Translations under genes and position numbers: made by a program | Shown: in pieces, positions 44,949 through 55,811 of the stretch | Layout of the letters: each line of letters begins with the position of its first letter | How positions within the stretch are numbered: the first letter of the stretch is position 1 | Notes under the pieces: generated by a model | The model's database searches: none | Told to the model about the DNA's origin: nothing | The model's input: the letters and a program-made list of their open reading frames with translations, nothing else | NCBI RefSeq assembly: GCF_048403405.1 | Contig: NZ_CP183129.1 | Origin: Escherichia coli | GTDB taxonomy: Bacteria > Pseudomonadota > Gammaproteobacteria > Enterobacterales > Enterobacteriaceae | DNA length: 64,000 nt | Reading direction: 5' to 3' (one strand)

Positions 44949-45659
44949 ATGAAAAGCGATCTCACTATAAAAAATAGATATTGTACAATTCCACAAACGA
45001 AGTTCCGTAAATGGGATGAAATGGACGTTTTACTCTGGAAGTTAGGAAAAAATGATTCGCGTCGCCGTTCAGGAGTATATTATTTAAATGCTTATAAAGA
45101 TGCATATGTACAATATAATAGGGACAAAATAATTAAACATGCATATGCCGCAGGGATTCGTCCAGAGTTATTGGGCGGCGTGGCCTGGATTGAGTCAGGA
45201 GGTATGCCTGAAAATTATAAGTTTCAGATATATGAAACAAAAAGAATGATCGGATCGTTAGATATGCCTGAAAATAAAACATCATTTGGCTCAATGGGTA
45301 TACAAATACGAACCGCAGCGATTACTCTAGGCCTTGACCCTTCAGAATTAACTACCAGAAATCAGTTAGAGTTAGCGACATGCCTGATGGAAGATGATTT
45401 TACCTTTAAAATTGCTGCTACTCATTTAAGAGATCTTGCCCTTTTTGATTATCCCTCTTCGGCAACACTGTATATGACGAATGAGCAGTATATTATGGCT
45501 GGTATTAGATATAATCGTGGTGTTGAACGAGATTTGGGTTTTTTTATTTATTTAATTAATAATTTGCCTGCGCGTGATACAGATGATTATAAATTCATCT
45601 CTTATGGTATGAGGTTGTTAGAGATTAGAGAACATATCAAAAAATTGATCAATGAGTAA
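44949..45659 (+). CDS. putative Hcp-associated effector with lytic-transglycosylase-like motifs
   Basis: 236 aa from ATG 2 bp after hcp stop; motifs AWIESGG, GSMGIQIRTAA and IRYNRG resemble SLT-domain motifs; ORF track starts at 44925. Confidence 0.5.
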   Translation: MKSDLTIKNRYCTIPQTKFRKWDEMDVLLWKLGKNDSRRRSGVYYLNAYKDAYVQYNRDKIIKHAYAAGIRPELLGGVAWIESGGMPENYKFQIYETKRMIGSLDMPENKTSFGSMGIQIRTAAITLGLDPSELTTRNQLELATCLMEDDFTFKIAATHLRDLALFDYPSSATLYMTNEQYIMAGIRYNRGVERDLGFFIYLINNLPARDTDDYKFISYGMRLLEIREHIKKLINE

Positions 45660-45665
45660 TCAGAG

Positions 45666-45995
45666 ATGTTAAAAAAACAACTACTATCAATATTTGAAGC
45701 ACTATTATACATAATGCTTACTTATTGGTTAATAGATGCTTTTTTTGCTTTCAATAAGTATGACTGGATGCTTGAGTCGGGAGACAATATTTGCAGTATA
45801 CCTTCCGTTTCAGGCGAAGATCGTATATTGCAAGCAATGATTGCAGCATTTTTTCTTCTGACGCCACTTATTATTCTTATCTTAAGAAAACTCTTTATGC
45901 GGGAAATGTTCGAGTTTTGGCTATATGTATTCACGCTCGTTATTTGTTTGGTTTGTGGTTGGTGGCTTTTTTGGGGACGGTTTATATTTTGCTAA
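45666..45995 (+). CDS. three-TM inner membrane protein, candidate immunity protein (possibly YgiZ-equivalent)
   Basis: 109-aa ORF with three hydrophobic helices, 6 bp after effector gene. Confidence 0.5.
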   Translation: MLKKQLLSIFEALLYIMLTYWLIDAFFAFNKYDWMLESGDNICSIPSVSGEDRILQAMIAAFFLLTPLIILILRKLFMREMFEFWLYVFTLVICLVCGWWLFWGRFIFC

Positions 45996-46004
45996 TAGTA
46001 AAAT

Positions 46005-46034
46005 CTATGAGAGTCGTTTTAACGGCTCTCATAG
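46005..46034. terminator. bidirectional hairpin between membrane-protein gene and qseC
   Basis: 9-bp inverted repeat ctatgagag / ctctcatag with 12-nt loop. Confidence 0.5.
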
Positions 46035-46043
46035 ACAGAGAAG

Positions 46044-47393
46044 TTACCAGCTCACCTTCGCCTCAAATCCACCTTGTTCCGCATTCCCAAACTCAACATT
46101 CATGCCATGCAATTTGGCGATTCGCTGGACAATCGATAGCCCAAGTCCACTGCCGGTAGCGGTTTGTCCGGGTGGGCGATAGAAGCGTTCGCCAATTCTC
46201 GCCAGTGCCTCTGGCGTCACACCGGGGCCGTTATCCCTCACGATGAAATTTTCGGCATTCAGCGTGACGTCCACCACGCTGCCCTGTGGACTGTAGCGCA
46301 CGGCGTTATCCAGAAGGTTTCGTACCAACAAACTTAGCAACAGCGGTTGTCCGGTGCGTTTGATGCCGTGGGCATTGAGTGTCAGTCGCACGTCAATTTT
46401 CGCCTGCTGCGCCGTGTGGTAAATATCCATCACCGATGATTGCAGGAGATCTTCAAGCGGGATCTCCGCGACGTCCTGAAGGTTATCCAGTGAGTCCAGC
46501 CGCGATAGCGTGAGCAGTTGATCAACCAGACGAGTAGCACGATCGATTCCGGAATGTAATTGAAGCAGCGCTTTTTTCCGCGCCTGCGGATCATCGTCAG
46601 AGAGCTGCGCAACTTCGGTTTGCACTTTCAGCGCCGTTAACGGGCTACGTAGTTCGTGAGCTGCGTCGGAGGTAAAACGTCGTTCACGAACCATCATCGC
46701 ATGTGTGCGGGCGAACAGTTGATTCAACGACTCAACCAGTGGACGCACTTCGCTGGGTACGCCCGTCGCGTTTAGTGGTTTTTCCGAGTCAGGGTCACGC
46801 ATACGTAGTGCCAGCGCCAGTTTGTTCAGCGGCGCGAGTTCACGACCCAGTAGTACCATCATGATGATTAACATAATCGGCAGTGCGACAAGCCACGGGA
46901 TCAATTGCCCGGCAACAATCGCCAGCGCCATGTCTTCGCGGTATTCCCATTCCTGACCAACAACGATGCGATATTTGCCATCAGGTGAGGTCATCCAGAC
47001 AAAACGCCAGGGATCGTCTTCACCGACCAGTTGCCCGTCAGCAAAACCTTCCCGTTGATAGCTATAGGGAATATCTTCTCCGTTATCGCCATCGTTAAGG
47101 ACCATTCTGCCGTCGTGGGTAAAGATGGCAAAGGTCAGCGCATCGTCATCAACATGACCGTGTTTTAATTTATTTGGCGTCTGTGCCATGCGATCTGCCG
47201 CGTTGATTTCGTTGAGATCGAGCGTACTTAACCGCTTGGCAAACAGCATCAGTTGGGTGTCGAACAACTCATCGACGTTATCCGTTGTTTGTTTCCAGGC
47301 GACAAAGCTGGAAAGCAGCCAGGTCACTGAGGCCAGAATTAAAAAGATTAGCGTCAGCCTGACTCGCAGACTAAGACGTTGGGTAAATTTCAT
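46044..47393 (-). CDS. qseC: quorum-sensing/adrenergic sensor histidine kinase QseC
   Basis: 449-aa ORF, two TM, HAMP, HisKA (HELRSPLT) and HATPase domains. Confidence 0.9.
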   Translation of the reverse strand: MKFTQRLSLRVRLTLIFLILASVTWLLSSFVAWKQTTDNVDELFDTQLMLFAKRLSTLDLNEINAADRMAQTPNKLKHGHVDDDALTFAIFTHDGRMVLNDGDNGEDIPYSYQREGFADGQLVGEDDPWRFVWMTSPDGKYRIVVGQEWEYREDMALAIVAGQLIPWLVALPIMLIIMMVLLGRELAPLNKLALALRMRDPDSEKPLNATGVPSEVRPLVESLNQLFARTHAMMVRERRFTSDAAHELRSPLTALKVQTEVAQLSDDDPQARKKALLQLHSGIDRATRLVDQLLTLSRLDSLDNLQDVAEIPLEDLLQSSVMDIYHTAQQAKIDVRLTLNAHGIKRTGQPLLLSLLVRNLLDNAVRYSPQGSVVDVTLNAENFIVRDNGPGVTPEALARIGERFYRPPGQTATGSGLGLSIVQRIAKLHGMNVEFGNAEQGGFEAKVSW

Positions 47394-48049
47394 TTCTCAC
47401 CTAATGTGTAGCCAATACCATGAACGGTACGAATAAAATCACTGCCGAGTTTGCGTCGCAGATGATGCACATGCACTTCAACGGCATTACTGGTGACCTC
47501 TTCGTCCCAGGTATACAGTTTCTCTTCAATCAGTTTGCGCGGCAGTACCCGACCAGCGTTACGCATCAGTAATTCCAGCAGGGCAAATTCTTTTGGTTTC
47601 AGTGTTAAGGGTTCGCCAGCCAGCGTGGCGATACGTTTGCCGGGGTCGAGCATGACGTTACCGTGGCGCAGTTCGTTGCTGGCCTGGCCGTTGGTTCGGC
47701 GCATCAGAGCTTCCAGCCTGGCGGCGACTTCTATCAACGCAAAAGGTTTACACAGATAATCGTCAGCTCCCAGACGCAGCCCCTCTACACGTTCCGCTAA
47801 CGCATCGCGCGCGGTCAGGATCAGTACCGGCTCACGCTGACCTTTTTCTCGCCATTCGCGCAAAATATCGCGACCATCCATGCCTGGTAAGGTTAAATCC
47901 AGGATCACCGCATCATAAGGCGCACTATATAGCGCCTCTTTTCCCTGACGACCTTGTGTAAACCAGTCGACGCTAAAACCCATTTTACTAAGGCCCGTTT
48001 TGATGCCGTCGCCAATCAGCATGTCATCTTCTATCAGTAAAATTCGCAT
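47390..48049 (-). CDS. qseB: response regulator QseB (OmpR family)
   Basis: 219-aa ORF, receiver plus winged-helix domains, overlaps qseC start by 4 bp. Confidence 0.9.
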   Translation of the reverse strand: MRILLIEDDMLIGDGIKTGLSKMGFSVDWFTQGRQGKEALYSAPYDAVILDLTLPGMDGRDILREWREKGQREPVLILTARDALAERVEGLRLGADDYLCKPFALIEVAARLEALMRRTNGQASNELRHGNVMLDPGKRIATLAGEPLTLKPKEFALLELLMRNAGRVLPRKLIEEKLYTWDEEVTSNAVEVHVHHLRRKLGSDFIRTVHGIGYTLGEK

Positions 48050-48200
48050 TTTTTCATCCCTGCGATAACCGTATTTGCTGCCAGTAAACCGTGTTGTAAC
48101 GCGCTCTGTACAGCATTAAATTTTATTTTTTTCCCTTAAGAAGTTGTTAAGGACTATCTTGTTAAATGCTCGGAAACAGACATTAAAGGGAGTAATAAAC

Positions 48201-48593
48201 ATGAAAAAATTCGCAGCAGTAATCGCAGTAATGGCCCTGTGCAGCGCACCGGTGATGGCAGCAGAGCAGGGCGGTTTTTCTGGCCCATCGGCAACGCAAA
48301 GTCAGGCCGGAGGATTCCAGGGGCCGAACGGCAGCGTAACGACCGTAGAAAGCGCAAAATCCCTGCGTGACGACACCTGGGTAACCCTGCGCGGCAATAT
48401 CGTTGAACGCATCTCTGACGATCTCTACGTGTTCAAAGATGCCAGCGGTACTATCAATGTTGATATCGACCACAAACGCTGGAACGGCGTGACGGTGACG
48501 CCGAAAGATACGGTTGAGATTCAGGGTGAAGTCGATAAAGACTGGAATTCTGTTGAAATTGACGTCAAACAGATCCGCAAAGTAAATCCGTAA
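48201..48593 (+). CDS. ygiW: BOF/YgiW family periplasmic OB-fold stress protein
   Basis: 130 aa from MKKFAAVIAVMALCSAPVMAA; ORF track starts at 48144. Confidence 0.85.
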   Translation: MKKFAAVIAVMALCSAPVMAAEQGGFSGPSATQSQAGGFQGPNGSVTTVESAKSLRDDTWVTLRGNIVERISDDLYVFKDASGTINVDIDHKRWNGVTVTPKDTVEIQGEVDKDWNSVEIDVKQIRKVNP

Positions 48594-48645
48594 TTGTTAC
48601 CGCTCCCGGGACGCATTCCCGGGAATAATTTCGCAGGGAGGCAAA

Positions 48646-49128
48646 ATGACAAACCTGACACTGGATGTAAATATTATCGATTTCCCATCAATCCCTGTGG
48701 CGATGTTGCCGCACCGCTGTAGCCCTGAGTTGCTCAACTACAGCGTGGCGAAATTTATCATGTGGCGTAAAGAGACGGGGCTTTCTCCTGTTAACCAAAG
48801 CCAGACTTTTGGCGTCGCCTGGGACGACCCTGCCACCACCGCACCGGAAGCGTTTCGCTTTGATATCTGCGGCAGCGTTAGCGAACCGATCCCCGATAAT
48901 CGTTATGGTGTGAGTAATGGTGAACTTACCGGTGGACGTTATGCTGTGGCCCGCCATGTTGGCGAGCTGGACGATATTTCACACACGATATGGGGCATCA
49001 TTCGCCACTGGCTACCTGCAAGCGGCGAGAAAATGCGTAAAGCACCGATTCTGTTTCACTACACCAATCTTGCCGAAGGAGTGACAGAGCAGCGACTGGA
49101 AACGGATGTTTATGTACCGTTAGCGTGA
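48646..49128 (+). CDS. ygiV: GyrI-like domain transcriptional regulator
   Basis: 160-aa ORF, K-12 synteny. Confidence 0.8.
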   Translation: MTNLTLDVNIIDFPSIPVAMLPHRCSPELLNYSVAKFIMWRKETGLSPVNQSQTFGVAWDDPATTAPEAFRFDICGSVSEPIPDNRYGVSNGELTGGRYAVARHVGELDDISHTIWGIIRHWLPASGEKMRKAPILFHYTNLAEGVTEQRLETDVYVPLA

Positions 49129-49236
49129 TGGAGAATCTTTACCGGAGTGTGAGCCACATCACTCGCGATAAGTTTGAGCGAACAATGCCACAGGCGTATT
49201 GTTGTCGGGCTTATAATTTCTCCGGTAAGGAATACC

Positions 49237-50844
49237 ATGTATACGCGAAATTTATTATGGCTGGTCAGCCTGGTAAGTGCGGCTCCTCTCTACGCTGCTG
49301 ACGTTCCCGCCAACACACCGCTCGCCCCGCAACAAGTCTTTCGTTACAACAATCATAGCGACCCAGGTACGCTCGACCCGCAAAAGGTAGAGGAGAATAC
49401 TGCCGCGCAGATTGTGCTGGATCTGTTTGAAGGTCTGGTATGGATGGACGGTGAAGGCCAGGTGCAGCCCGCTCAGGCTGAACGCTGGGAGATACTGGAC
49501 GGCGGCAAGCGCTATATTTTCCATCTGCGTAGCGGTTTGCAGTGGTCAGACGGTCAGCCTCTGACGGCAGAGGATTTTGTCCTCGGCTGGCAGCGCGCGG
49601 TTGACCCGAAAACGGCAAGCCCTTTTGCTGGCTATCTGGCACAGGCGCACATTAACAATGCCGCGGCTATTGTTGCGGGTAAAGCAGATGTTACATCGCT
49701 GGGTGTCAAAGCGATGGATGATCGTACTCTTGAAGTTACGCTTGAGCAGCCGGTTCCTTGGTTCACGACGATGCTCGCCTGGCCGACGCTGTTCCCGGTT
49801 CCCCATCATGTCATCGCGAAATATGGCGATAGCTGGAGTAAGCCTGCGCATATGGTTTACAACGGTGCCTTTGTGCTTGAACAGTGGGTAGTTAACGAAA
49901 AGATTACTGCACGCAAAAATCCAAAGTACCGCGATGCGCAACATACAGTATTGCAACAGGTTGAGTATCTGGCGCTGGATAATTCGGTCACCGGCTATAA
50001 CCGCTATCGCGCGGGAGAGGTCGATCTCACCTGGGTTCCGGCGCAGCAAATTCCCACCATTGAAAAATCACTGCCTGGCGAGCTACGAATTATCCCGCGT
50101 CTGAACAGCGAATATTACAACTTTAACCTTGAGAAACCGCCATTTAACGATGTGCGGGTGCGTCGGGCGCTATATCTTACGGTTGATCGACAGCTTATTG
50201 CGCAAAAGGTACTGGGGTTGAGAACGCCCGCAACCACGCTGACGCCGCCAGAGGTAAAAGGCTTTAGCGCGACGACGTTCGATGAACTGCAAAAGCCAAT
50301 GAGTGAGCGTGTCGCGATGGCAAAAGCCTTGCTGAAACAGGCGGGATACGACGCCTCTCATCCGCTACGCTTTGAGCTGTTCTACAACAAGTACGATCTG
50401 CATGAAAAAACCGCGATAGCGTTGTCTTCCGAATGGAAAAAATGGCTGGGTGCACAGGTGACGCTGCGCACAATGGAGTGGAAAACTTATCTTGATGCCC
50501 GACGAGCCGGTGATTTCATGCTGTCGCGGCAGTCGTGGGATGCGACGTATAATGATGCTTCCAGCTTCCTGAACACGCTCAAAAGCGATAGTGAAGAAAA
50601 CGTCGGTCACTGGAAAAATGCGCAGTATGACGCCTTACTAAACCAGGCCACGCAGATCACTGATGCGACAAAGCGTAATGCGTTGTATCAGCAGGCAGAA
50701 GTGATCATCAACCAACAGGCACCGCTGATTCCTATCTACTATCAGCCGTTAATCAAACTGCTTAAACCCTACGTTGGCGGTTTTCCGCTGCATAATCCCC
50801 AGGATTATGTCTACAGCAAAGAGTTGTATATCAAGGCACATTGA
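49237..50844 (+). CDS. ygiS: periplasmic solute-binding protein family 5 (OppA-like)
   Basis: 535 aa from MYTRNLLWLVSLVSAAPLYAA signal peptide; ORF track starts at TTG 49174. Confidence 0.85.
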   Translation: MYTRNLLWLVSLVSAAPLYAADVPANTPLAPQQVFRYNNHSDPGTLDPQKVEENTAAQIVLDLFEGLVWMDGEGQVQPAQAERWEILDGGKRYIFHLRSGLQWSDGQPLTAEDFVLGWQRAVDPKTASPFAGYLAQAHINNAAAIVAGKADVTSLGVKAMDDRTLEVTLEQPVPWFTTMLAWPTLFPVPHHVIAKYGDSWSKPAHMVYNGAFVLEQWVVNEKITARKNPKYRDAQHTVLQQVEYLALDNSVTGYNRYRAGEVDLTWVPAQQIPTIEKSLPGELRIIPRLNSEYYNFNLEKPPFNDVRVRRALYLTVDRQLIAQKVLGLRTPATTLTPPEVKGFSATTFDELQKPMSERVAMAKALLKQAGYDASHPLRFELFYNKYDLHEKTAIALSSEWKKWLGAQVTLRTMEWKTYLDARRAGDFMLSRQSWDATYNDASSFLNTLKSDSEENVGHWKNAQYDALLNQATQITDATKRNALYQQAEVIINQQAPLIPIYYQPLIKLLKPYVGGFPLHNPQDYVYSKELYIKAH

Positions 50845-50981
50845 TGCCTTTATCGCCGTCGGAGCACGTCCGGCGGCGCTATTCACGCTGATCTCCTGTG
50901 ACTCGACGCGGCAGATAATGTAGTATCTCCGGCAATATTGCCCCTTTGAAGGCTGGCGAATAAGTTGAGGAATCAGAATTA

Positions 50982-53240
50982 ATGAGCGATATGGCAGAGC
51001 GCCTTGCGCTACATGAATTTACGGAAAACGCCTACTTAAACTACTCCATGTACGTGATCATGGACCGTGCGTTGCCGTTTATTGGTGATGGTCTGAAACC
51101 TGTTCAGCGCCGCATTGTGTATGCGATGTCTGAGCTGGGCCTGAATGCCAGCGCCAAATTTAAAAAATCGGCCCGTACCGTCGGTGACGTACTGGGTAAA
51201 TACCATCCGCACGGCGATATCGCCTGTTATGAAGCGATGGTCCTGATGGCGCAGCCGTTCTCTTACCGTTATCCGCTGGTTGATGGTCAGGGGAACTGGG
51301 GCACGCCGGACGATCCGAAATCGTTCGCAGCAATGCGTTACACCGAATCCCGGTTGTCGAAATATTCCGAGCTGCTATTGAGCGAGCTGGGGCAGGGGAC
51401 GGCTGACTGGGTGCCAAACTTCGACGGCACTTTGCAGGAGCCGAAAATGCTACCTGCCCGTCTGCCAAACATTTTGCTTAACGGCACCACCGGTATTGCC
51501 GTCGGCATGGCGACCGATATTCCACCGCATAACCTGCGTGAAGTGGCTCAGGCGGCAATCGCATTAATCGACCAGCCGAAAACCACGCTCGACCAGCTGC
51601 TGGATATCGTGCAGGGGCCGGATTATCCGACTGAAGCGGAAATTATCACTTCGCGCGCCGAGATCCGTAAAATCTACGAGAACGGACGTGGTTCAGTGCG
51701 TATGCGCGCGGTTTGGAAGAAAGAAGATGGCGCGGTGGTTATCAGCGCATTGCCGCATCAGGTTTCAGGTGCGCGCGTACTGGAGCAAATTGCTGCGCAA
51801 ATGCGCAACAAAAAGCTGCCGATGGTTGACGATCTGCGCGATGAATCTGACCACGAGAACCCGACCCGTCTGGTGATTGTGCCGCGTTCCAACCGCGTGG
51901 ATATGGATCAGGTGATGAACCACCTCTTCGCAACCACCGATCTGGAAAAGAGCTATCGTATTAACCTCAATATGATCGGTCTGGATGGTCGTCCGGCGGT
52001 GAAAAACCTGCTGGAAATCCTCTCCGAATGGCTGGTGTTCCGCCGCGATACCGTGCGCCGCCGACTGAACTATCGTCTGGAGAAAGTCCTCAAGCGCCTG
52101 CATATCCTCGAAGGTTTGCTGGTGGCGTTTCTCAATATCGACGAAGTGATTGAGATCATTCGTAATGAAGATGAACCGAAACCGGCGCTGATGTCGCGGT
52201 TTGGCCTTACGGAAACCCAGGCGGAAGCGATCCTCGAACTGAAACTGCGTCATCTTGCCAAACTGGAAGAGATGAAGATTCGCGGTGAGCAGAGTGAGCT
52301 GGAAAAAGAGCGCGACCAGTTGCAGGGCATTTTGGCTTCCGAGCGTAAAATGAATAACCTGCTGAAGAAAGAACTGCAGGCAGACGCGCAAGCCTACGGT
52401 GACGAACGTCGTTCGCCGTTGCAGGAACGCGAAGAAGCGAAAGCGATGAGCGAGCACGACATGCTGCCGTCTGAACCTGTCACCATTGTGCTGTCGCAGA
52501 TGGGCTGGGTACGCAGCGCTAAAGGCCATGATATCGACGCGCCGGGCCTGAATTATAAAGCGGGTGATAGCTTCAAAGCGGCGGTGAAAGGTAAGAGCAA
52601 CCAACCGGTAGTTTTTGTTGATTCCACCGGTCGTAGCTATGCCATCGACCCGATTACGCTGCCGTCGGCGCGTGGTCAGGGCGAACCGCTCACCGGCAAA
52701 TTAACGTTGCCGCCTGGGGCGACCGTTGACCATATGCTGATGGAAAGCGACGATCAGAAACTGCTGATGGCTTCCGATGCGGGTTACGGTTTCGTCTGCA
52801 CCTTTAACGATCTGGTAGCGCGTAACCGTGCAGGTAAGGCTTTGATCACCTTACCGGAAAATGCCCATGTTATGCCGCCGGTGGTGATTGAAGATGCTTC
52901 CGATATGCTGCTGGCAATCACTCAGGCAGGCCGTATGTTGATGTTCCCGGTAAGCGATCTGCCGCAGTTGTCGAAGGGCAAAGGCAATAAGATTATCAAC
53001 ATTCCGTCGGCAGAAGCCGCGCGTGGCGAGGATGGTCTGGCGCAACTGTACGTTCTGCCGCCGCAAAGCACGCTGACCATTCATGTTGGGAAACGCAAAA
53101 TTAAACTGCGTCCGGAAGAGCTACAGAAAGTCACTGGCGAACGTGGACGCCGCGGTACGTTGATGCGCGGTTTGCAGCGTATCGATCGTGTTGAGATCGA
53201 CTCTCCTCGCCGTGCCAGCAGCGGTGATAGCGAAGAGTAA
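50982..53240 (+). CDS. parC: DNA topoisomerase IV subunit A
   Basis: 752-aa ORF, catalytic Tyr region AAMRYTE. Confidence 0.95.
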   Translation: MSDMAERLALHEFTENAYLNYSMYVIMDRALPFIGDGLKPVQRRIVYAMSELGLNASAKFKKSARTVGDVLGKYHPHGDIACYEAMVLMAQPFSYRYPLVDGQGNWGTPDDPKSFAAMRYTESRLSKYSELLLSELGQGTADWVPNFDGTLQEPKMLPARLPNILLNGTTGIAVGMATDIPPHNLREVAQAAIALIDQPKTTLDQLLDIVQGPDYPTEAEIITSRAEIRKIYENGRGSVRMRAVWKKEDGAVVISALPHQVSGARVLEQIAAQMRNKKLPMVDDLRDESDHENPTRLVIVPRSNRVDMDQVMNHLFATTDLEKSYRINLNMIGLDGRPAVKNLLEILSEWLVFRRDTVRRRLNYRLEKVLKRLHILEGLLVAFLNIDEVIEIIRNEDEPKPALMSRFGLTETQAEAILELKLRHLAKLEEMKIRGEQSELEKERDQLQGILASERKMNNLLKKELQADAQAYGDERRSPLQEREEAKAMSEHDMLPSEPVTIVLSQMGWVRSAKGHDIDAPGLNYKAGDSFKAAVKGKSNQPVVFVDSTGRSYAIDPITLPSARGQGEPLTGKLTLPPGATVDHMLMESDDQKLLMASDAGYGFVCTFNDLVARNRAGKALITLPENAHVMPPVVIEDASDMLLAITQAGRMLMFPVSDLPQLSKGKGNKIINIPSAEAARGEDGLAQLYVLPPQSTLTIHVGKRKIKLRPEELQKVTGERGRRGTLMRGLQRIDRVEIDSPRRASSGDSEE

Positions 53241-53473
53241 TATGTCGGGGAGGGCGCTGTTTCCTCCCGCTTGCAAGGAACGCCGGATGAAACGTTAAGT
53301 CGTCATCCGGCAGCGTATTCAACCCCCGGAAACGATAAAAATTCCCTTGAAACCGTTGTTTATTCATGCGTTGCGATTAACAATACGCTTTTCCAGAGAG
53401 CGGCTTTTAACAATGCCCTAACCTGATTTCAGGTGACGTACAATGCCAGTCTCTCAGACCTTCAGAGGGTGTT

Positions 53474-54214
53474 ATGCTATATATCTTTCGTCTTATTATT
53501 ACCGTGATTTACAGCATCTTAGTCTGTGTATTCGGCTCCATTTACTGCCTTTTCAGCCCGCGTAACCCGAAACATGTGGCCACCTTTGGGCATATGTTTG
53601 GCCGTCTTGCGCCGCTTTTCGGCCTGAAAGTGGAGTGCCGCAAACCTGCAGACGCTGAAAGCTACGACGGCAATGCTATCTATATCGCTAACCACCAGAA
53701 CAACTATGACATGGTGACAGCATCGAACATTGTGCAACCGCCGACGGTGACGGTAGGTAAAAAGAGCTTGCTGTGGATCCCCTTCTTCGGGCAGTTGTAC
53801 TGGTTAACCGGCAACTTATTGATCGACAGAAACAATCGCACTAAAGCTCACGGCACTATTGCGGAAGTCGTGAATCATTTCAAAAAACGCCGTATTTCCA
53901 TCTGGATGTTCCCGGAAGGTACCCGCAGCCGTGGTCGCGGCCTGCTACCGTTCAAGACCGGGGCATTTCACGCGGCAATTGCGGCAGGCGTCCCGATTAT
54001 TCCCGTGTGCGTCTCTACAACTTCGAATAAGATTAATCTTAATCGGCTACACAACGGTCTGGTGATTGTCGAAATGCTGCCGCCAATTGATGTCAGTCAG
54101 TATGGCAAAGATCAGGTTCGCGAGTTGGCTGCCCATTGTCGTTCGATAATGGAACAAAAAATCGCTGATCTCGATAAAGAAGTCGCAGAGCGCGAAGCCG
54201 CCGGAAAAGTTTAA
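53474..54214 (+). CDS. plsC: 1-acyl-sn-glycerol-3-phosphate acyltransferase
   Basis: 245-aa ORF, acyltransferase motifs NHQNNYD and FPEGTR. Confidence 0.92.
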   Translation: MLYIFRLIITVIYSILVCVFGSIYCLFSPRNPKHVATFGHMFGRLAPLFGLKVECRKPADAESYDGNAIYIANHQNNYDMVTASNIVQPPTVTVGKKSLLWIPFFGQLYWLTGNLLIDRNNRTKAHGTIAEVVNHFKKRRISIWMFPEGTRSRGRGLLPFKTGAFHAAIAAGVPIIPVCVSTTSNKINLNRLHNGLVIVEMLPPIDVSQYGKDQVRELAAHCRSIMEQKIADLDKEVAEREAAGKV

Positions 54215-54288
54215 GTCGGCAATCTGTATTTTTGCGGGGAACACTTTCCTGCACGGTATTACTTTAGCCAGTTTTACATGGAGCAAAT

Positions 54289-55701
54289 ATGTCACTCAGT
54301 CGGCGTCAGTTCATTCAGGCATCGGGGATTGCACTTTGTGCAGGCGCTGTTCCCCTGAAGGCCAGCGCAGCCGGGCAACAGCAACCGCTACCCGTTCCGC
54401 CGCTGCTTGAATCTCGCCGTGGGCAACCGCTGTTTATGACTGTACAACGTGCGCACTGGTCATTTACGCCAGGGACACGCGCGTCGGTTTGGGGAATCAA
54501 TGGTCGTTACCTGGGGCCGACTATCCGCGTCTGGAAGGGCGACGATGTTAAGCTTATTTACAGCAACCGCCTGACAGAAAATGTCTCAATGACGGTGGCC
54601 GGGCTACAGGTACCAGGCCCGCTGATGGGCGGTCCGGCACGGATGATGTCGCCAAACGCTGACTGGGCACCCGTACTGCCTATTCGCCAGAACGCAGCTA
54701 CTCTGTGGTATCACGCCAATACTCCCAACCGCACGGCTCAGCAGGTCTATAACGGCCTTGCCGGAATGTGGCTGGTGGAAGATGAAGTCAGCAAGTCGCT
54801 GCCTATCCCCAACCATTATGGTGTGGATGATTTTCCGGTCATTATTCAGGATAAACGGCTGGATAACTTTGGTACGCCAGAATACAACGAACCGGGAAGC
54901 GGCGGCTTTGTTGGTGATACGCTGCTGGTTAACGGTGTACAAAGCCCGTACGTTGAAGTCTCGCGTGGCTGGGTGCGCTTGCGTCTGTTGAACGCGTCGA
55001 ACTCTCGTCGCTATCAACTACAGATGAGCGATGGTCGCCCGTTACATGTGATTTCTGGCGATCAGGGATTCCTGCCCGCTCCTGTATCGGTGAAGCAACT
55101 TTCGCTGGCACCGGGCGAGCGTCGTGAGATTCTGGTGGATATGAGCAACGGTGATGAAGTGTCGATCACCTGTGGCGAAGCGGCGAGCATTGTTGATCGT
55201 ATTCGTGGCTTCTTTGAGCCATCCAGCATTCTGGTTTCTACGCTGGTGCTAACGCTGCGCCCAACCGGCCTCCTTCCGCTGGTCACAGACAGTCTTCCGA
55301 TGCGCTTGCTGCCAACTGAAATCATGGCTGGTTCGCCGATTCGCAGTCGTGATATCAGTCTGGGTGATGACCCGGGTATTAATGGACAACTGTGGGACGT
55401 TAACCGTATTGATGTCACCGCGCAGCAAGGAACATGGGAACGCTGGACGGTACGCGCGGACGAGCCGCAAGCGTTCCATATTGAAGGCGTGATGTTCCAG
55501 ATCCGTAACGTGAATGGCGCGATGCCGTTCCCGGAAGACAGAGGCTGGAAAGATACCGTTTGGGTTGACGGACAAGTGGAGCTGCTGGTTTATTTCGGTC
55601 AGCCTTCCTGGGCGCACTTCCCGTTCTACTTCAACAGTCAGACGCTGGAAATGGCGGACCGTGGCTCGATAGGGCAACTGTTGGTCAATCCGGTACCGTA
55701 A
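54289..55701 (+). CDS. ftsP: cell division protein FtsP (SufI), multicopper-oxidase-like, Tat-exported
   Basis: 470-aa ORF, twin-arginine signal SRRQFIQASG. Confidence 0.92.
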   Translation: MSLSRRQFIQASGIALCAGAVPLKASAAGQQQPLPVPPLLESRRGQPLFMTVQRAHWSFTPGTRASVWGINGRYLGPTIRVWKGDDVKLIYSNRLTENVSMTVAGLQVPGPLMGGPARMMSPNADWAPVLPIRQNAATLWYHANTPNRTAQQVYNGLAGMWLVEDEVSKSLPIPNHYGVDDFPVIIQDKRLDNFGTPEYNEPGSGGFVGDTLLVNGVQSPYVEVSRGWVRLRLLNASNSRRYQLQMSDGRPLHVISGDQGFLPAPVSVKQLSLAPGERREILVDMSNGDEVSITCGEAASIVDRIRGFFEPSSILVSTLVLTLRPTGLLPLVTDSLPMRLLPTEIMAGSPIRSRDISLGDDPGINGQLWDVNRIDVTAQQGTWERWTVRADEPQAFHIEGVMFQIRNVNGAMPFPEDRGWKDTVWVDGQVELLVYFGQPSWAHFPFYFNSQTLEMADRGSIGQLLVNPVP

Positions 55702-55811
55702 TCTTCATACTCGCCCGAGGAGGGCGAGTATGGAATACCTTTCGATTTCTCTTTCGTTCCGGCTTATAATCCCCGGCCTTTGATTATTTTTTTATCATTT
55801 CTGGAAGCAAA

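Noticed and set aside
51765..52604. 279-aa minus-strand ORF antisense to parC
   Set aside because: Fully embedded in parC; composition is biased (Phe/Arg/His-rich) with no start context; shadow ORF.
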